In this document: positions 28,782 to 38,792 of the stretch, piece by piece
Layout: every line of letters begins with the position of its first letter
Position numbering within the stretch: the stretch's first letter is position 1
Source of the DNA: Candidatus Moraniibacteriota bacterium
Lineage (GTDB): Bacteria; Patescibacteriota; Minisyncoccia; Moranbacterales; DUUL01
Length of the DNA: 64,000 nt
Reading direction: 5' to 3'
Assembly (NCBI GenBank): GCA_027008775.1
Contig: JALVDV010000003.1
Coordinates: 12,340-76,339, forward strand
Program-made: the position numbers and the translations under genes
The notes under the pieces: model-generated
What the model was told of the DNA's origin: nothing
Seen by the model: only the letters and a program-made list of their open reading frames with translations
The model's database searches: none

Positions 28782-29051
28782 TTACCCTCTACTCCCTGAA
28801 AAATAAACTTCTCAAAAATTTAACTTTACAAATCAAAGATATGTTATATATTTAATGTACAGCGTTGAAGCGGTCTAACCAGCCGTAGAGTTGTCGTTAA
28901 GTCGTTGACGAAACAACACAAAGAGAGCCCATACTTTGGGAAGCTAAGTGGAACCGCCCTATCGGGTCTTAGCGAATTTAATGCTTTTTGTTATTAGATT
29001 TTATTCCACTGGTTTTTAAAGGTATGGGTTTTATTTTAAGACAACAAACTT

Positions 29052-29588
29052 ATGACAAATTGTTATCTAGACAACGAAACTAAAAACATTGCCTTTATTG
29101 ATGGTCAGAATTTGCATATGGGAACAACTCTTGACAAAGAAAATCCCTGGAAAATAAATTTGGCAAAGTTTAGAATTTATCTAAAAGAAAAGTATAAAGT
29201 TAGCACAGCTTATTATTATCTTGGTTATGCTCAAGATAAACATAAGGATCTATACAAACACATTCAAGAATCTGGTTTCATTTTGCAATTTCGCAAACAC
29301 AACACCGCCATGATTAGCAAGAAAAAAGGCAATGTTGACGTTGATATTGTGTTTGACATTATGAGAAAAATGTACAAACAAGAAAAATTTAATAAAATAA
29401 TATTGGTATCTGGCGACGGGGATTACAAGATGTTAGTTGATTTTTTGATAGAGGAAAATAAATTTGAAAAAATATTGTTTCCAAATAAAAAATTTGCCTC
29501 ATCCTTATATAAAGACATTACGGCAAAATACTATGCTTATCTAGATGACATAAGAAATAAGATAGGAGCCAATTCTCACAAACACTAA
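29052..29588 (+). CDS. NYN-domain (LabA-like, PIN-fold) protein
   Basis: IAFIDGQNLH...NVDVDIVFD...[10 protein letters not shown], the conserved acidic residues of NYN/LabA nucleases. Confidence 0.75.
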   Translation: MTNCYLDNETKNIAFIDGQNLHMGTTLDKENPWKINLAKFRIYLKEKYKVSTAYYYLGYAQDKHKDLYKHIQESGFILQFRKHNTAMISKKKGNVDVDIVFDIMRKMYKQEKFNKIILVSGDGDYKMLVDFLIEENKFEKILFPNKKFASSLYKDITAKYYAYLDDIRNKIGANSHKH

Positions 29589-29746
29589 ACCAATGGCAAC
29601 ATTCACAAAAAAACTTTAAAAAAAATGAGAGGGGAACCTTAGGTAGTTAACCGTTCGGTGCCCTTCTCGTCTTCATACCAACATTATAATATTATGATAT
29701 AATATTGTCAAGTCTTTAAATCACCGTAAAAATTGAGTAAAACTTT

Positions 29747-31552
29747 ATGTCAAAAAAAGAAAAAGGGGTAGAAAAAATAAATATTAAACGGCATTCTCTA
29801 GCCCATATTTTGGCCATGGCTGTTTTGGAAATGTTCCCGGAAGCCAAACTGGGAATCGGACCGGCTACCGAAAATGGTTTTTACTACGACTTTGCTTTGC
29901 CCCGCACTCTCATTCCGGAAGATTTGGAAATTTTGGAAGAAAAAATGAAAAAAATCATTTCCAAAAATTACGAATTTCAAATGAAAGAAGTTCCCATCCG
30001 GGAAGCCCGACAGCATTTTCAAGAAGCCAATCAACCTCTGAAAGTGGAACTGATCAATGACTTGGAAAATGAAGGTAAAAAAATGGTTAGCATCTATAAA
30101 TCGGGACCATTGGTTGACCTCTGCAAGGGTCCTCACTTGGAATCAACCGGAGAAATTGGTCCTCAATCATTCAAACTTACTAAAATTTCCGGCGCCTACT
30201 GGAAAAATGATGAAAACAATCAACAACTACAAAGAATCTATGGCGTGGCTTTTAGTGATAAAAAAGAATTAAAAAAATACTTACAACAACTGGAAGAAGC
30301 AAAAAAAAGAGACCATCGCAAACTCGGTAAGGAATTAAATTTATTCACCATCAACCCCAACGTTGGCGCCGGTCTGCCACTCTGGAAACCAAAGGGAGCC
30401 ATCATTCTCAACACTTTGAAACGCTGGTTTGAAGACGAACAATTAAAAAGAGGCTACCTGCCGGTCATCACTCCCCATATTGGCAAAAAAAATCTTTGGG
30501 AAATTTCCGGACACTGGAACTTCTACAATAACTCTATGTTCCCCCCCATGGAACTGGGACAAACACTGGAAGACTGGCAGGATCAAAGAAAGGCGAAAGA
30601 AAGCGAGATTTATTTGCTCAAGCCGATGAATTGCCCTTTCCACGTCACTATTTATCAAGACGACAAACACTCTTATCGCGAACTACCGCTGAAGTATTAT
30701 GAATTTGGCACCGTTTATCGCTACGAAAAAAAAGGAGAACTGGGCGGTTTGACCAGGGTACGTGGTTTTACTCAAGACGATGCCCATATTATTTGCCGTA
30801 AAGAACAACTGGCTGAAGAAATGAAAAAAATCATTGATTTTGCCCAGTTCGTCTTGGAAAAAACTTTTGATTTTAAACTAAAAATCTACGCTTCTTTCCG
30901 GGACAAAAAAAGCAATAAATACTTGGGAAATGATGAGCAATGGGATGTTGCCGAAAAAACAATTCGCGACGTTTTGCAAGAAAAAAAATTGGATTATATT
31001 AAAGAAATTGGCGAAGCCGCTTTTTACGGACCAAAAATTGATTTCAAAGTTCAAGACGCCATCGGACGCTATTGGCAACTGTCAACCATTCAATTTGATT
31101 TCAACTTGCCGGAAAGATTTAAAATGACCTACATAGACAAAAAAGGCGCAGAACAACGACCATTTATTATCCACCGCGCTCTTCTGGGATCTCTGGAAAG
31201 ATTTATGGGCTTACTGATTGAACACTATGCCGGAGCATTTCCTTTTTGGTTAGCGCCGGTACAAATAGCTATTCTACCGGTATCGGAAAAATTTCAAACT
31301 TATTCCGACAAAGTGTTTAAAATTCTTAAAGATGAAGGCTTTCGCGTTGAATTGTATGATCAAGATGAAAGCTTGGGCAAAAGAATCGCCCTGGCCTCCC
31401 GAGAGAAAATTCCTTATCTGATTATCCTGGGAGAAAAAGAAGAAAAAGAAAAAACGGTCACTGTCCGTCAAAGAGGCACGAAAAAACAAGCACGACTGGA
31501 AATTGAAAACTTTTTAGAAAAAATTAAAAAAGAAAACCGAGGAAAAAACTAG
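29747..31552 (+). CDS. thrS: threonyl-tRNA synthetase (no N-terminal TGS domain)
   Basis: Class II motifs, HSLAHILAMAV editing domain, NCPFH zinc site, C-terminal anticodon-binding domain. Confidence 0.95.
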   Translation: MSKKEKGVEKINIKRHSLAHILAMAVLEMFPEAKLGIGPATENGFYYDFALPRTLIPEDLEILEEKMKKIISKNYEFQMKEVPIREARQHFQEANQPLKVELINDLENEGKKMVSIYKSGPLVDLCKGPHLESTGEIGPQSFKLTKISGAYWKNDENNQQLQRIYGVAFSDKKELKKYLQQLEEAKKRDHRKLGKELNLFTINPNVGAGLPLWKPKGAIILNTLKRWFEDEQLKRGYLPVITPHIGKKNLWEISGHWNFYNNSMFPPMELGQTLEDWQDQRKAKESEIYLLKPMNCPFHVTIYQDDKHSYRELPLKYYEFGTVYRYEKKGELGGLTRVRGFTQDDAHIICRKEQLAEEMKKIIDFAQFVLEKTFDFKLKIYASFRDKKSNKYLGNDEQWDVAEKTIRDVLQEKKLDYIKEIGEAAFYGPKIDFKVQDAIGRYWQLSTIQFDFNLPERFKMTYIDKKGAEQRPFIIHRALLGSLERFMGLLIEHYAGAFPFWLAPVQIAILPVSEKFQTYSDKVFKILKDEGFRVELYDQDESLGKRIALASREKIPYLIILGEKEEKEKTVTVRQRGTKKQARLEIENFLEKIKKENRGKN

Positions 31553-32055
31553 TACAAATCAACTCCCTGGTAAAAAAGCCCCGTTTTCATTAATTCCAGA
31601 ACTCTCTTCTTTACCACAAATCGTGGCAATTGTTTCTTTGGTAAAACCACCTTGGCGAGAATAGTTTGTAGAAAGTGTTCCTTGATGGTGTCAAAACCCA
31701 AACCGGACCTAATGGCCGCTTCCTGCACAACAACATCCAGATAATCCTCCGTAAACGAGCCCAAATTTCGTGTGGTAACAGCCAGCTTCTTTTTGGCTTC
31801 GTAAATATTATGATTGGAAAATTTATCCTCATTACTATTGCCGGACAGAACAAACTGAACCTCCAACGGCCGACTGACCAATAGAGCTCCTTCCTCCCCT
31901 CGCTTGGGAATTCGTACCTGACCTCCACTTATTTTAACATCTTTATAATTTATATCAGAGTAGGGATTCTCTCTGTCACTAAATATCATCAAATCACTCC
32001 CTTTAGACAAAGTTAAGCCAGCCAACAAATCCCTGTCTTGTAACAAATCATACAT
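31549..32055 (-). CDS. hypothetical protein
   Basis: 168 aa, no motif recognised; convergent with thrS with a 4-bp overlap; co-oriented with the next gene. Confidence 0.5.
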   Translation of the reverse strand: MYDLLQDRDLLAGLTLSKGSDLMIFSDRENPYSDINYKDVKISGGQVRIPKRGEEGALLVSRPLEVQFVLSGNSNEDKFSNHNIYEAKKKLAVTTRNLGSFTEDYLDVVVQEAAIRSGLGFDTIKEHFLQTILAKVVLPKKQLPRFVVKKRVLELMKTGLFYQGVDLY

Positions 32056-32084
32056 CTCCTGAGAAAATAAGCTGAGATTCTCTT

Positions 32085-33038
32085 TTAAATATTTATCTCT
32101 TCCTCCTTAAACAAACTCGTATTTTTAATCCTAACCGGCGAAGAGGCAAATCGCAAAAACAACTCCCGCAAAACAATTTCCAACAAAAATTTCAACTCCT
32201 CTTTAGAGTTAGCTTCAAATTTTAAACCTAGGCCGTCCTTTATTGCTTCCTCAACCGTCATTTCCGGTTTTAAGAGAAACTTGGTTACAAAACTGTTTCT
32301 GGATTTTCCTCGGTAATAGGAAACTGCTCTTGTCATACCGAGTGACTCCCGACTGGTTAAAAACATTTTCTCCAAAGATACCGCCACAATTTCATCGTAA
32401 CCATCCGGCAATCTCCTAACAAGATGTAAAGTTTGTTCTCCTTCTTCGCCCGGCCTAAAAAGATTTTCATACAAATATCTGGTCTCTTTTAACAAGTGCT
32501 GAAGATCCTTTTGCTCAAACATAAAATTGCCCACCATCGCCTTCAACAACTCACAATAAGCCGGAGCAAAGCCCAAACTGCCTTTTTTACGCAAAGTAGC
32601 CGTCTTCTTGAAAATTTTCAATAAATCATTGGTTCCTTTAATTTGCAACTTCACAATCTCCTTCGGCAATCTCCGCAACAAGTAGTTTTCTATATACTCT
32701 TTTGAAGCCTGCAAAGAACGATCAATTTCTTCAATTCGTTCCCTAACATCATCCACCTCCAAATACGCCGAAACACTTTCCAGAAGCTCTTTATCGGATA
32801 ATCCGCCGGCCATAGAAAAGAAATCAATCGGCGTCACATTAACCCCCTTAATGTTCAAGCCACCCAACTTCAACGCTCGCATAAACTGATGCTTATCCAC
32901 CGCCTGACGATACAATGTTGTTAAAACTTTGGCCCAACGCTGATAAGGCAATGGCTCTATCTTCTGTTTTTGGTCACCAACCCCAATTGTCACATCATTG
33001 TTATTAAAATTTTCTTTCTTCATAAACAAGCTAATCAA
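32085..33038 (-). CDS. hypothetical protein
   Basis: 317 aa, mostly helical, no motif recognised; start ambiguous (MISLFM vs MKKENF). Confidence 0.5.
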   Translation of the reverse strand: MISLFMKKENFNNNDVTIGVGDQKQKIEPLPYQRWAKVLTTLYRQAVDKHQFMRALKLGGLNIKGVNVTPIDFFSMAGGLSDKELLESVSAYLEVDDVRERIEEIDRSLQASKEYIENYLLRRLPKEIVKLQIKGTNDLLKIFKKTATLRKKGSLGFAPAYCELLKAMVGNFMFEQKDLQHLLKETRYLYENLFRPGEEGEQTLHLVRRLPDGYDEIVAVSLEKMFLTSRESLGMTRAVSYYRGKSRNSFVTKFLLKPEMTVEEAIKDGLGLKFEANSKEELKFLLEIVLRELFLRFASSPVRIKNTSLFKEEEINI

Positions 33039-33102
33039 TATTTGACTTTTGTTTCATTATACCATACCCTGGCAAAGAGAATAAAATCTCATCAACAACA
33101 AA

Positions 33103-34254
33103 ATGAAATACGTCATCAAAACTTTTGGATGTCAGATGAACTTTTCCGATAGTGAACGGATTATGACCCTTATGAAAGAAAATGGCTTCAATCCTCTGGA
33201 CAACAGCAACGATTCTAAATTAAAAACTGAAGAAATTATCAAAGCCGATCTGATAATTTTCAACACCTGTGGAGTCCGCGCCAGTTCCGAACATCGTGTC
33301 TTTGGACAAATAAATAACATTATTAAAGCCTCAGAATCCGCAAATATCCCAAAAAACAAACGCCCTAAAATTATTGTTACCGGCTGTTCCGCCCATCGCG
33401 CTGATTTTCAAAAGACTTTACAAGACAAGGTTGATTTATTCACTTCTATCAAAGATTTTCCCCAAGCCCTGCGAAAACTTAATCTCCTACAAACAGAAGA
33501 ACAAGAATACAGGGATTATTTATCAATTCAGCCTCAATACAAATACAGCGACACGGCTTTCGTGCCTATTATGACCGGTTGTAACAATTTTTGTTCCTAC
33601 TGCGTTGTCCCCTACGCCAGAGGGCGAGAATGGTCCAGGCCGGTAGAAGATATTCTAAAAGAAATTAAAAATTTAGCTGACAAAAATTACAAAGAGGTAA
33701 CCCTGCTTGGGCAAAATGTTAATAGTTATCAGTTCACAGTTCACGGTTCACAACCAAAAGAAATTACCTTTCCTATGCTTTTGGATATTTTAGCGAAGCA
33801 ATTTCCGGAAATTACTTTTAAATTTTTGACTTCACATCCCAAAGATTGCTCAATGAACTTGATCAAGGTAATCAAAAATAATAAAAACATTCCCAATGAA
33901 TTACACTTACCAATCCAAGCCGGCAGTGACAAAGTTTTAAAAGATATGAATCGTCCTTACACCCAAGAATACTATCTAAATTTAATCAATAAAATCAGAA
34001 AAGAAATTCCCAAAATAAAAATAACCACCGATGTTATCATCGGCTTCCCCACCGAAACAGATGAAGATTTTCAAGAAACCGTTAAAGTGTTCCGACAGGT
34101 GAAATTCGCCGAAGCTTTTCTGAACAAATACTCTCCCCGTCCCGGGACGGCCGCCTACCACCTGGGCGATCCGGTTCCTTGGTCGGTTAAAAAAAAGAGA
34201 GAAAAGGAACTCTCACAACTACTGCAACAAAATAACCACCAATCTTCTCGCTAA
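33103..34254 (+). CDS. MiaB/RimO-family radical SAM methylthiotransferase
   Basis: MKYVIKTFGCQMNFSDSERI (UPF0004 domain with its 3 Cys), radical SAM CNNFCSYC, short C-terminus. Confidence 0.85.
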   Translation: MKYVIKTFGCQMNFSDSERIMTLMKENGFNPLDNSNDSKLKTEEIIKADLIIFNTCGVRASSEHRVFGQINNIIKASESANIPKNKRPKIIVTGCSAHRADFQKTLQDKVDLFTSIKDFPQALRKLNLLQTEEQEYRDYLSIQPQYKYSDTAFVPIMTGCNNFCSYCVVPYARGREWSRPVEDILKEIKNLADKNYKEVTLLGQNVNSYQFTVHGSQPKEITFPMLLDILAKQFPEITFKFLTSHPKDCSMNLIKVIKNNKNIPNELHLPIQAGSDKVLKDMNRPYTQEYYLNLINKIRKEIPKIKITTDVIIGFPTETDEDFQETVKVFRQVKFAEAFLNKYSPRPGTAAYHLGDPVPWSVKKKREKELSQLLQQNNHQSSR

Positions 34255-34322
34255 AAACAGAAAAACGCAAGAAGCAAAAACGGGGCTACGCCCCGTTTTT
34301 GCTTTAAATTCGCCTTAGAACC

Positions 34323-34778
34323 CTATTTAGACAAAAGTTTGCTAGCTATCTCTTTCACCATTGCTCCATCAGCCGATGCCCCCAACTCCTTCATAGCCAC
34401 ACCCATCACTTTCCCCAAGTCAGCCGGGGATTGCGCTCCAACTTTTTCAATAATCTCTCTCAACTTTTCCTCCACTTCTTCTTCCGACATCTGTTCCGGT
34501 AAATATTTCTCTAACACAGCCAATTCCGCTTCTTCTTGCTCGGCCATTTCCTGATTGCCACCTTCTTTGAATTGTTCAATGGAGTCTCTTCTCTGCTTAA
34601 CCATCTTTTTTATCACCTTTATCACTTCTTCATCTGAAAGACCTTTCTCCCGAGCGCCCGACTCTATCTCCGCATTGGCAATCTCTGATTTTAGCATAGA
34701 CAAAACACTCTTGGCCAAGGCATCTTTGTTTTTAAAAGCCTCTTTAAAATCATTCAAAATTCTTTCCTTTAAACTCAT
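34323..34778 (-). CDS. GatB/YqeY-domain protein
   Basis: 151 aa; LKERI..D.K.A.K..D......L..L.SE...AE pattern and the usual rpsU-yqeY neighbourhood. Confidence 0.8.
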   Translation of the reverse strand: MSLKERILNDFKEAFKNKDALAKSVLSMLKSEIANAEIESGAREKGLSDEEVIKVIKKMVKQRRDSIEQFKEGGNQEMAEQEEAELAVLEKYLPEQMSEEEVEEKLREIIEKVGAQSPADLGKVMGVAMKELGASADGAMVKEIASKLLSK

Positions 34779-34842
34779 TACTATTTTTTAAATTATTAAT
34801 TTTTGTTTTCTCGCCAATTTCTCGCCAAATTGTCTAAACCAA

Positions 34843-35097
34843 CTACAACTTGATATTTTTTTTAATATCTCGCAGTTTTTCCTCGGTAAAAATACCCATT
34901 CGTTTCAAACGATCAGCCTCTTTGCCAACTTTAACCCTGTACAAAGCATTTTGCTTCAAGACTCTTTTACTCTTTTTCTTGGTAAAAAATCTCTGATTTC
35001 TAACTTTTGGCAAAACTTTGCTTTGTTGAATAGCCCTGGTAAACCGCCTGATAAGGCTTTCCGAGGTTTCATTATCTTTTTTTCTTACTTCTACCAT
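34843..35097 (-). CDS. rpsU: 30S ribosomal protein S21
   Basis: MVEVRKKDNETSESLIRRFTRAIQQSKVLPKVR aligns with bS21. Confidence 0.85.
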   Translation of the reverse strand: MVEVRKKDNETSESLIRRFTRAIQQSKVLPKVRNQRFFTKKKSKRVLKQNALYRVKVGKEADRLKRMGIFTEEKLRDIKKNIKL

Positions 35098-35184
35098 AAT
35101 CTACCTCCTTTCTCTAAATTTAAAAACTTAAAATCCATAAACAATTTACCAACCGGAAAATCGTAACACAGTTCAAAGAAAAAA

Positions 35185-35562
35185 TCAAGCTCCCGCCAAA
35201 CCAATTTCCTCTTTTAACTGACCACCTCCTATCAAATGTAAATGAATATGTGGAACCTCCTGTTGCCCGTGCTTATTTACTCTAAATAATAATTTGTATC
35301 CGTCCTCAGCTATTCCTTTTTCCCGAGCTATTTTTTTAGCCACCAAAATCAAGTGTCCGGCCAATCGCTCTCCTTTTTCTCCCTCCAAATCATTTATCGT
35401 TTCTATATGTTCCTTGGGAATAATCAAGATATGAATCGGCGCCAAAGGCTGAATATCGGGAAAAGCCAACACCGACTCATCTTCATAAACAACTTCCGTT
35501 GGAATTTCTCCGGCAACGATCTTGCAAAAAATACAATCAACATTTTTATTTTCGCCAGACAT
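35185..35562 (-). CDS. HIT-family (histidine triad) nucleotide hydrolase
   Basis: CIFCKIVAGEIP...HIHLHLIGG with the HxHxHxx triad. Confidence 0.85.
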   Translation of the reverse strand: MSGENKNVDCIFCKIVAGEIPTEVVYEDESVLAFPDIQPLAPIHILIIPKEHIETINDLEGEKGERLAGHLILVAKKIAREKGIAEDGYKLLFRVNKHGQQEVPHIHLHLIGGGQLKEEIGLAGA

Positions 35563-35582
35563 AGAACATATTCAAATAATTA

Positions 35583-36956
35583 TTACTTCTTTCTCCTCGT
35601 TTTTTTCTCGTGCTTCTTTAGTAACTCCGCGTTTTTCTTCAAGCGTTTTTTTACTTCCTTTATTATTTTATCAGCCGGCAAAACTTCTTGACCGCCACTG
35701 TTCATATCCTTTAAAATTACTGAGCCGTCTAAAGCCTCCCTCTGCCCGATAATTAAAACTATTTCCGCCTTTATCTTATTGGCTTGTCGCAACTGTGTTC
35801 GCAAATTCCCTCGTCCAAAACTTTCCGCCACCATTATTCCCGCTCTTTCCAGTTCCTCAAAAATCTTCAAACTTTTTTTCTTGGCCAAATCTCCCAACTG
35901 CGCCAAATAAATTTTCGGAGACTGCTCCGCTTGAGGCAACAAATTATTTTCCTTCATCAAATTGACAATCCGATCCATTCCACAGGCAAAACCAACCGCC
36001 GGTGTGGCCGGACCACCCAAAACTTCCACCAAATAGTCATAACGACCGCCTCCGCCCAAAGCAGATTGACGACCCTCATCATCCTCCGCAAAAAACTCAA
36101 AAACTGTCTTAGTGTAATAATCCAAACCTCTAACCAACTGCGGTTTCAACAAGTAGGGCACTTCAATTTCATCCAAATATTCTAACAAAGAAGTGAAATG
36201 TTTCTTGCAACTGGAACACAAATGGTCAACTGTCTGCGGAGCCTGCCTAACCACCTGCATACACTTTTCTTCCTTGCAATCCAAAATTCTCAAAGGATTA
36301 GTCTTCAGTCTCCGTTTGCAATCCATACACAAAGATTTTTTTCGGTTTTTCAAATAACTTATTAAAAGTTTATTATAACTCGGACGACATTCTTCACAAC
36401 CAATACTGTTTAGGTGCAAACTAACGTTTTTAATCTTCAGACTTTTAAAAATTCTCATAGCCATTTGAATCATCTGAGCATCCAGAATAGCATCCTTCTC
36501 TCCGATAGCCTCAAAGCCAAACTGAAAAAATTCTCGGTAACGACCTTCCTGCGGACGATCATATCTAAACATTGGCCCCCGGTAAAACAGCTTTACCGGT
36601 TTAGGTTGAGAATTCATTCCGTGTTGCAAGTAAGCCCTGATAACCGAAGGGGTTCCCTCCGGGCGCAAACAAACATTCTCGCCGCCCTTGGTTTTAAATT
36701 TAAACATTTCCTTGTCAACAATATCAGTATCCTTACCTGTTCCTCTTTCAAACAATTCAACGTTTTCCACTATCGGAAATTCCAAACGGTTATAATTGTA
36801 ATCGGCAGCCACCTTATCAACCACCTTTTTTAATTTTTGCCAATAAGGTTGCTCCACCGGTAAAATATCTCGCATCCCCCTAACCGTTTGTAAGCGCTGT
36901 TTTTTTCTTTTCGATTGTCCGCTTGTTTTTTTCAATGGTTTTCTTCCCATAAGCAA
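35583..36956 (-). CDS. hisS: histidyl-tRNA synthetase with Cys-rich insertion
   Basis: RGMRDILP, class II motifs and anticodon-binding domain; insertion has CEEC...CMDC...CKEEKC...CSSC. Confidence 0.9.
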   Translation of the reverse strand: MLMGRKPLKKTSGQSKRKKQRLQTVRGMRDILPVEQPYWQKLKKVVDKVAADYNYNRLEFPIVENVELFERGTGKDTDIVDKEMFKFKTKGGENVCLRPEGTPSVIRAYLQHGMNSQPKPVKLFYRGPMFRYDRPQEGRYREFFQFGFEAIGEKDAILDAQMIQMAMRIFKSLKIKNVSLHLNSIGCEECRPSYNKLLISYLKNRKKSLCMDCKRRLKTNPLRILDCKEEKCMQVVRQAPQTVDHLCSSCKKHFTSLLEYLDEIEVPYLLKPQLVRGLDYYTKTVFEFFAEDDEGRQSALGGGGRYDYLVEVLGGPATPAVGFACGMDRIVNLMKENNLLPQAEQSPKIYLAQLGDLAKKKSLKIFEELERAGIMVAESFGRGNLRTQLRQANKIKAEIVLIIGQREALDGSVILKDMNSGGQEVLPADKIIKEVKKRLKKNAELLKKHEKKTRRKK

Positions 36957-37583
36957 TTATTTAAAAATACTAAAATCCGCCAAAGGCCAAGCTCGTAAAG
37001 CAACTTTCCCGATAATGAGATCCTTTTTCAGAGGTCCCCAGTACCTGGAATCACTACTATTGACTCTATTGTCCCCCAAAACAAAATACTCATCATCTTT
37101 TAAACGCACGTTTCTGCTTGGAACAGTCTTGGTTCCGGGTGGCAAATAAGAACTTTCGTCCAAAATAAAACCCTGGGGAGTTTCCCGGTTGTAAATCATC
37201 ACTCTGCCACCGGAAATAACCACTCTTTCTCCCGGTAAACCGATAATCCTCTTAATAAAAAACTGCTTTTGATTGCGAGGATTTTTGAAAACCACTACCT
37301 CGCCTCTTTTTAATTTTTCAAACGGTTTCACCGTGAATATTTTTTTGGAGCCAGCCGCTATAGCGGTTGTTTTGTAACCCAATTCCTTCACAATCAAATA
37401 ATCGCCGTCATGAAAAGTCGGCTCCATAGAATAACCCTGAACAAAAAAGGGCTGAATTACAAACATTTTTACCGGCAAAACTATCAAGAGAGCCAGGAGA
37501 ATAGTTTTAAAAAGTTCTACAAAAAAATTTATTCCTCTCTCTTGGGGGTCAAATTTTTCATTTTTCTTTTGCGCCCGTACCAT
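36957..37583 (-). CDS. lepB: signal peptidase I
   Basis: GYSMEPTFHDGDYLIVKE (Ser box), GDNRVNSSDSRYWG box E. Confidence 0.9.
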   Translation of the reverse strand: MVRAQKKNEKFDPQERGINFFVELFKTILLALLIVLPVKMFVIQPFFVQGYSMEPTFHDGDYLIVKELGYKTTAIAAGSKKIFTVKPFEKLKRGEVVVFKNPRNQKQFFIKRIIGLPGERVVISGGRVMIYNRETPQGFILDESSYLPPGTKTVPSRNVRLKDDEYFVLGDNRVNSSDSRYWGPLKKDLIIGKVALRAWPLADFSIFK

Positions 37584-37689
37584 AAAAATAAGCCTAAAGA
37601 ATCAAAAACGTTTTTTCAGCTTTAATCAAGTAGTCAATCGCTAAAACCATCCTTAACTAAAAAAATAAAGTAAAACATCATTCCAAATA

Positions 37690-37735
37690 TACCTAAAAAA
37701 GCGCGCTTTGTCAAACAAAGCGCGCTTTCTTTTCC
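37690..37735. terminator. strong bidirectional hairpin, terminator of the ndk operon
   Basis: AAAGCGCGCTTTG-tcaaa-CAAAGCGCGCTTT, perfect 13-bp stem; T-tracts on both strands. Confidence 0.7.
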
Positions 37736-37746
37736 GTTCAAAATCC

Positions 37747-38340
37747 CTATTCCAAAATACCGTCTAGATTAACATCATAAAGTATTTTCTCGTTTACCAA
37801 GGAATACTCAAAAATTTCCTCCGGGTTGAACCAGTGTTTTATTTCCGCCTTCGCCTCCTCCGGACTACCGGAAGCGTGAATTAAATTTCGCACCGAACGC
37901 CCATCTTTGTCAGCCAGTTCGTACGAATCTAGAACATAGTCACCTCTGATTGTTCCCACATCACTGGTCAAAGGCTCTGTTCCACCCACCAATTTCCGCA
38001 CAATGCCCACAGCATTTTCTCCTTCCCAAATCATAGCTATTACCGGACCGCTGGTCATATAACGCTTCAAGTTTTCCAGGATAGTTGCCGAAACTTCCAA
38101 AGGATCTTCCGAAGGTGGCTCCAAACCTTTGGCCTTGTAGCTCTCAATAGTCTTCTTTCCGGTTACTTCTCGCCAGGAAGGATCCAAAGTATAATGTTTT
38201 TCAATGTGATCTTCGTCCACAATCATCATTTTGTTGGCCACCATTTTTAAACCAACATTTTCAAAGCGTCTGGTAATTTCCCCTATCAAAGAACGCTGCA
38301 CACCATCAGGCTTAATAACCACCAATGTTCTTTCTTTCAT
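37747..38340 (-). CDS. ndk: nucleoside diphosphate kinase (extended)
   Basis: ERTLVVIKPDGVQRSLIGEITRRFENVGLKMVA; 197 aa, longer than typical NDK. Confidence 0.85.
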   Translation of the reverse strand: MKERTLVVIKPDGVQRSLIGEITRRFENVGLKMVANKMMIVDEDHIEKHYTLDPSWREVTGKKTIESYKAKGLEPPSEDPLEVSATILENLKRYMTSGPVIAMIWEGENAVGIVRKLVGGTEPLTSDVGTIRGDYVLDSYELADKDGRSVRNLIHASGSPEEAKAEIKHWFNPEEIFEYSLVNEKILYDVNLDGILE

Positions 38341-38421
38341 ATTTTTTTACTTAATAAATTAATTGTTCAACAAGCCAAAACTTCCGTCAAAATAATGAGC
38401 CCTAACTAAATTATAACAAAA

Positions 38422-38778
38422 TCAATTCTTTGTCCAATATTTCCCCAGAGAAATAGAAATAAGAAGTAAGGTAAACAGATAAATCAATGACCAAAAAAGT
38501 GATTTTTCCCCTATCACCAGTAAAAACATCGCCCCAAAAAGAATTACCAGCAACCAAGTCAATCCATTAAAATTTTTGTAATTAATATTCAACCGCCAAT
38601 TAAAAATTAAAAACAAAGACAACAAAAATACCACCAACCAAAACAAAACCTTAACATCAAGATTATTAAGCATCAAACCGGGCAACAAAATCTCCAAGCT
38701 CCAGAAAAAGAGAAAATCAAAAACCAAAACTATAGACAATTTTAGAAAAAAATCCGCCCAACACTTCTTTGCCGTCAT
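38422..38778 (-). CDS. small polytopic membrane protein
   Basis: 118 aa, 3-4 hydrophobic helices. Confidence 0.45.
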   Translation of the reverse strand: MTAKKCWADFFLKLSIVLVFDFLFFWSLEILLPGLMLNNLDVKVLFWLVVFLLSLFLIFNWRLNINYKNFNGLTWLLVILFGAMFLLVIGEKSLFWSLIYLFTLLLISISLGKYWTKN

Positions 38779-38792
38779 CTGAATTTCAAAAC

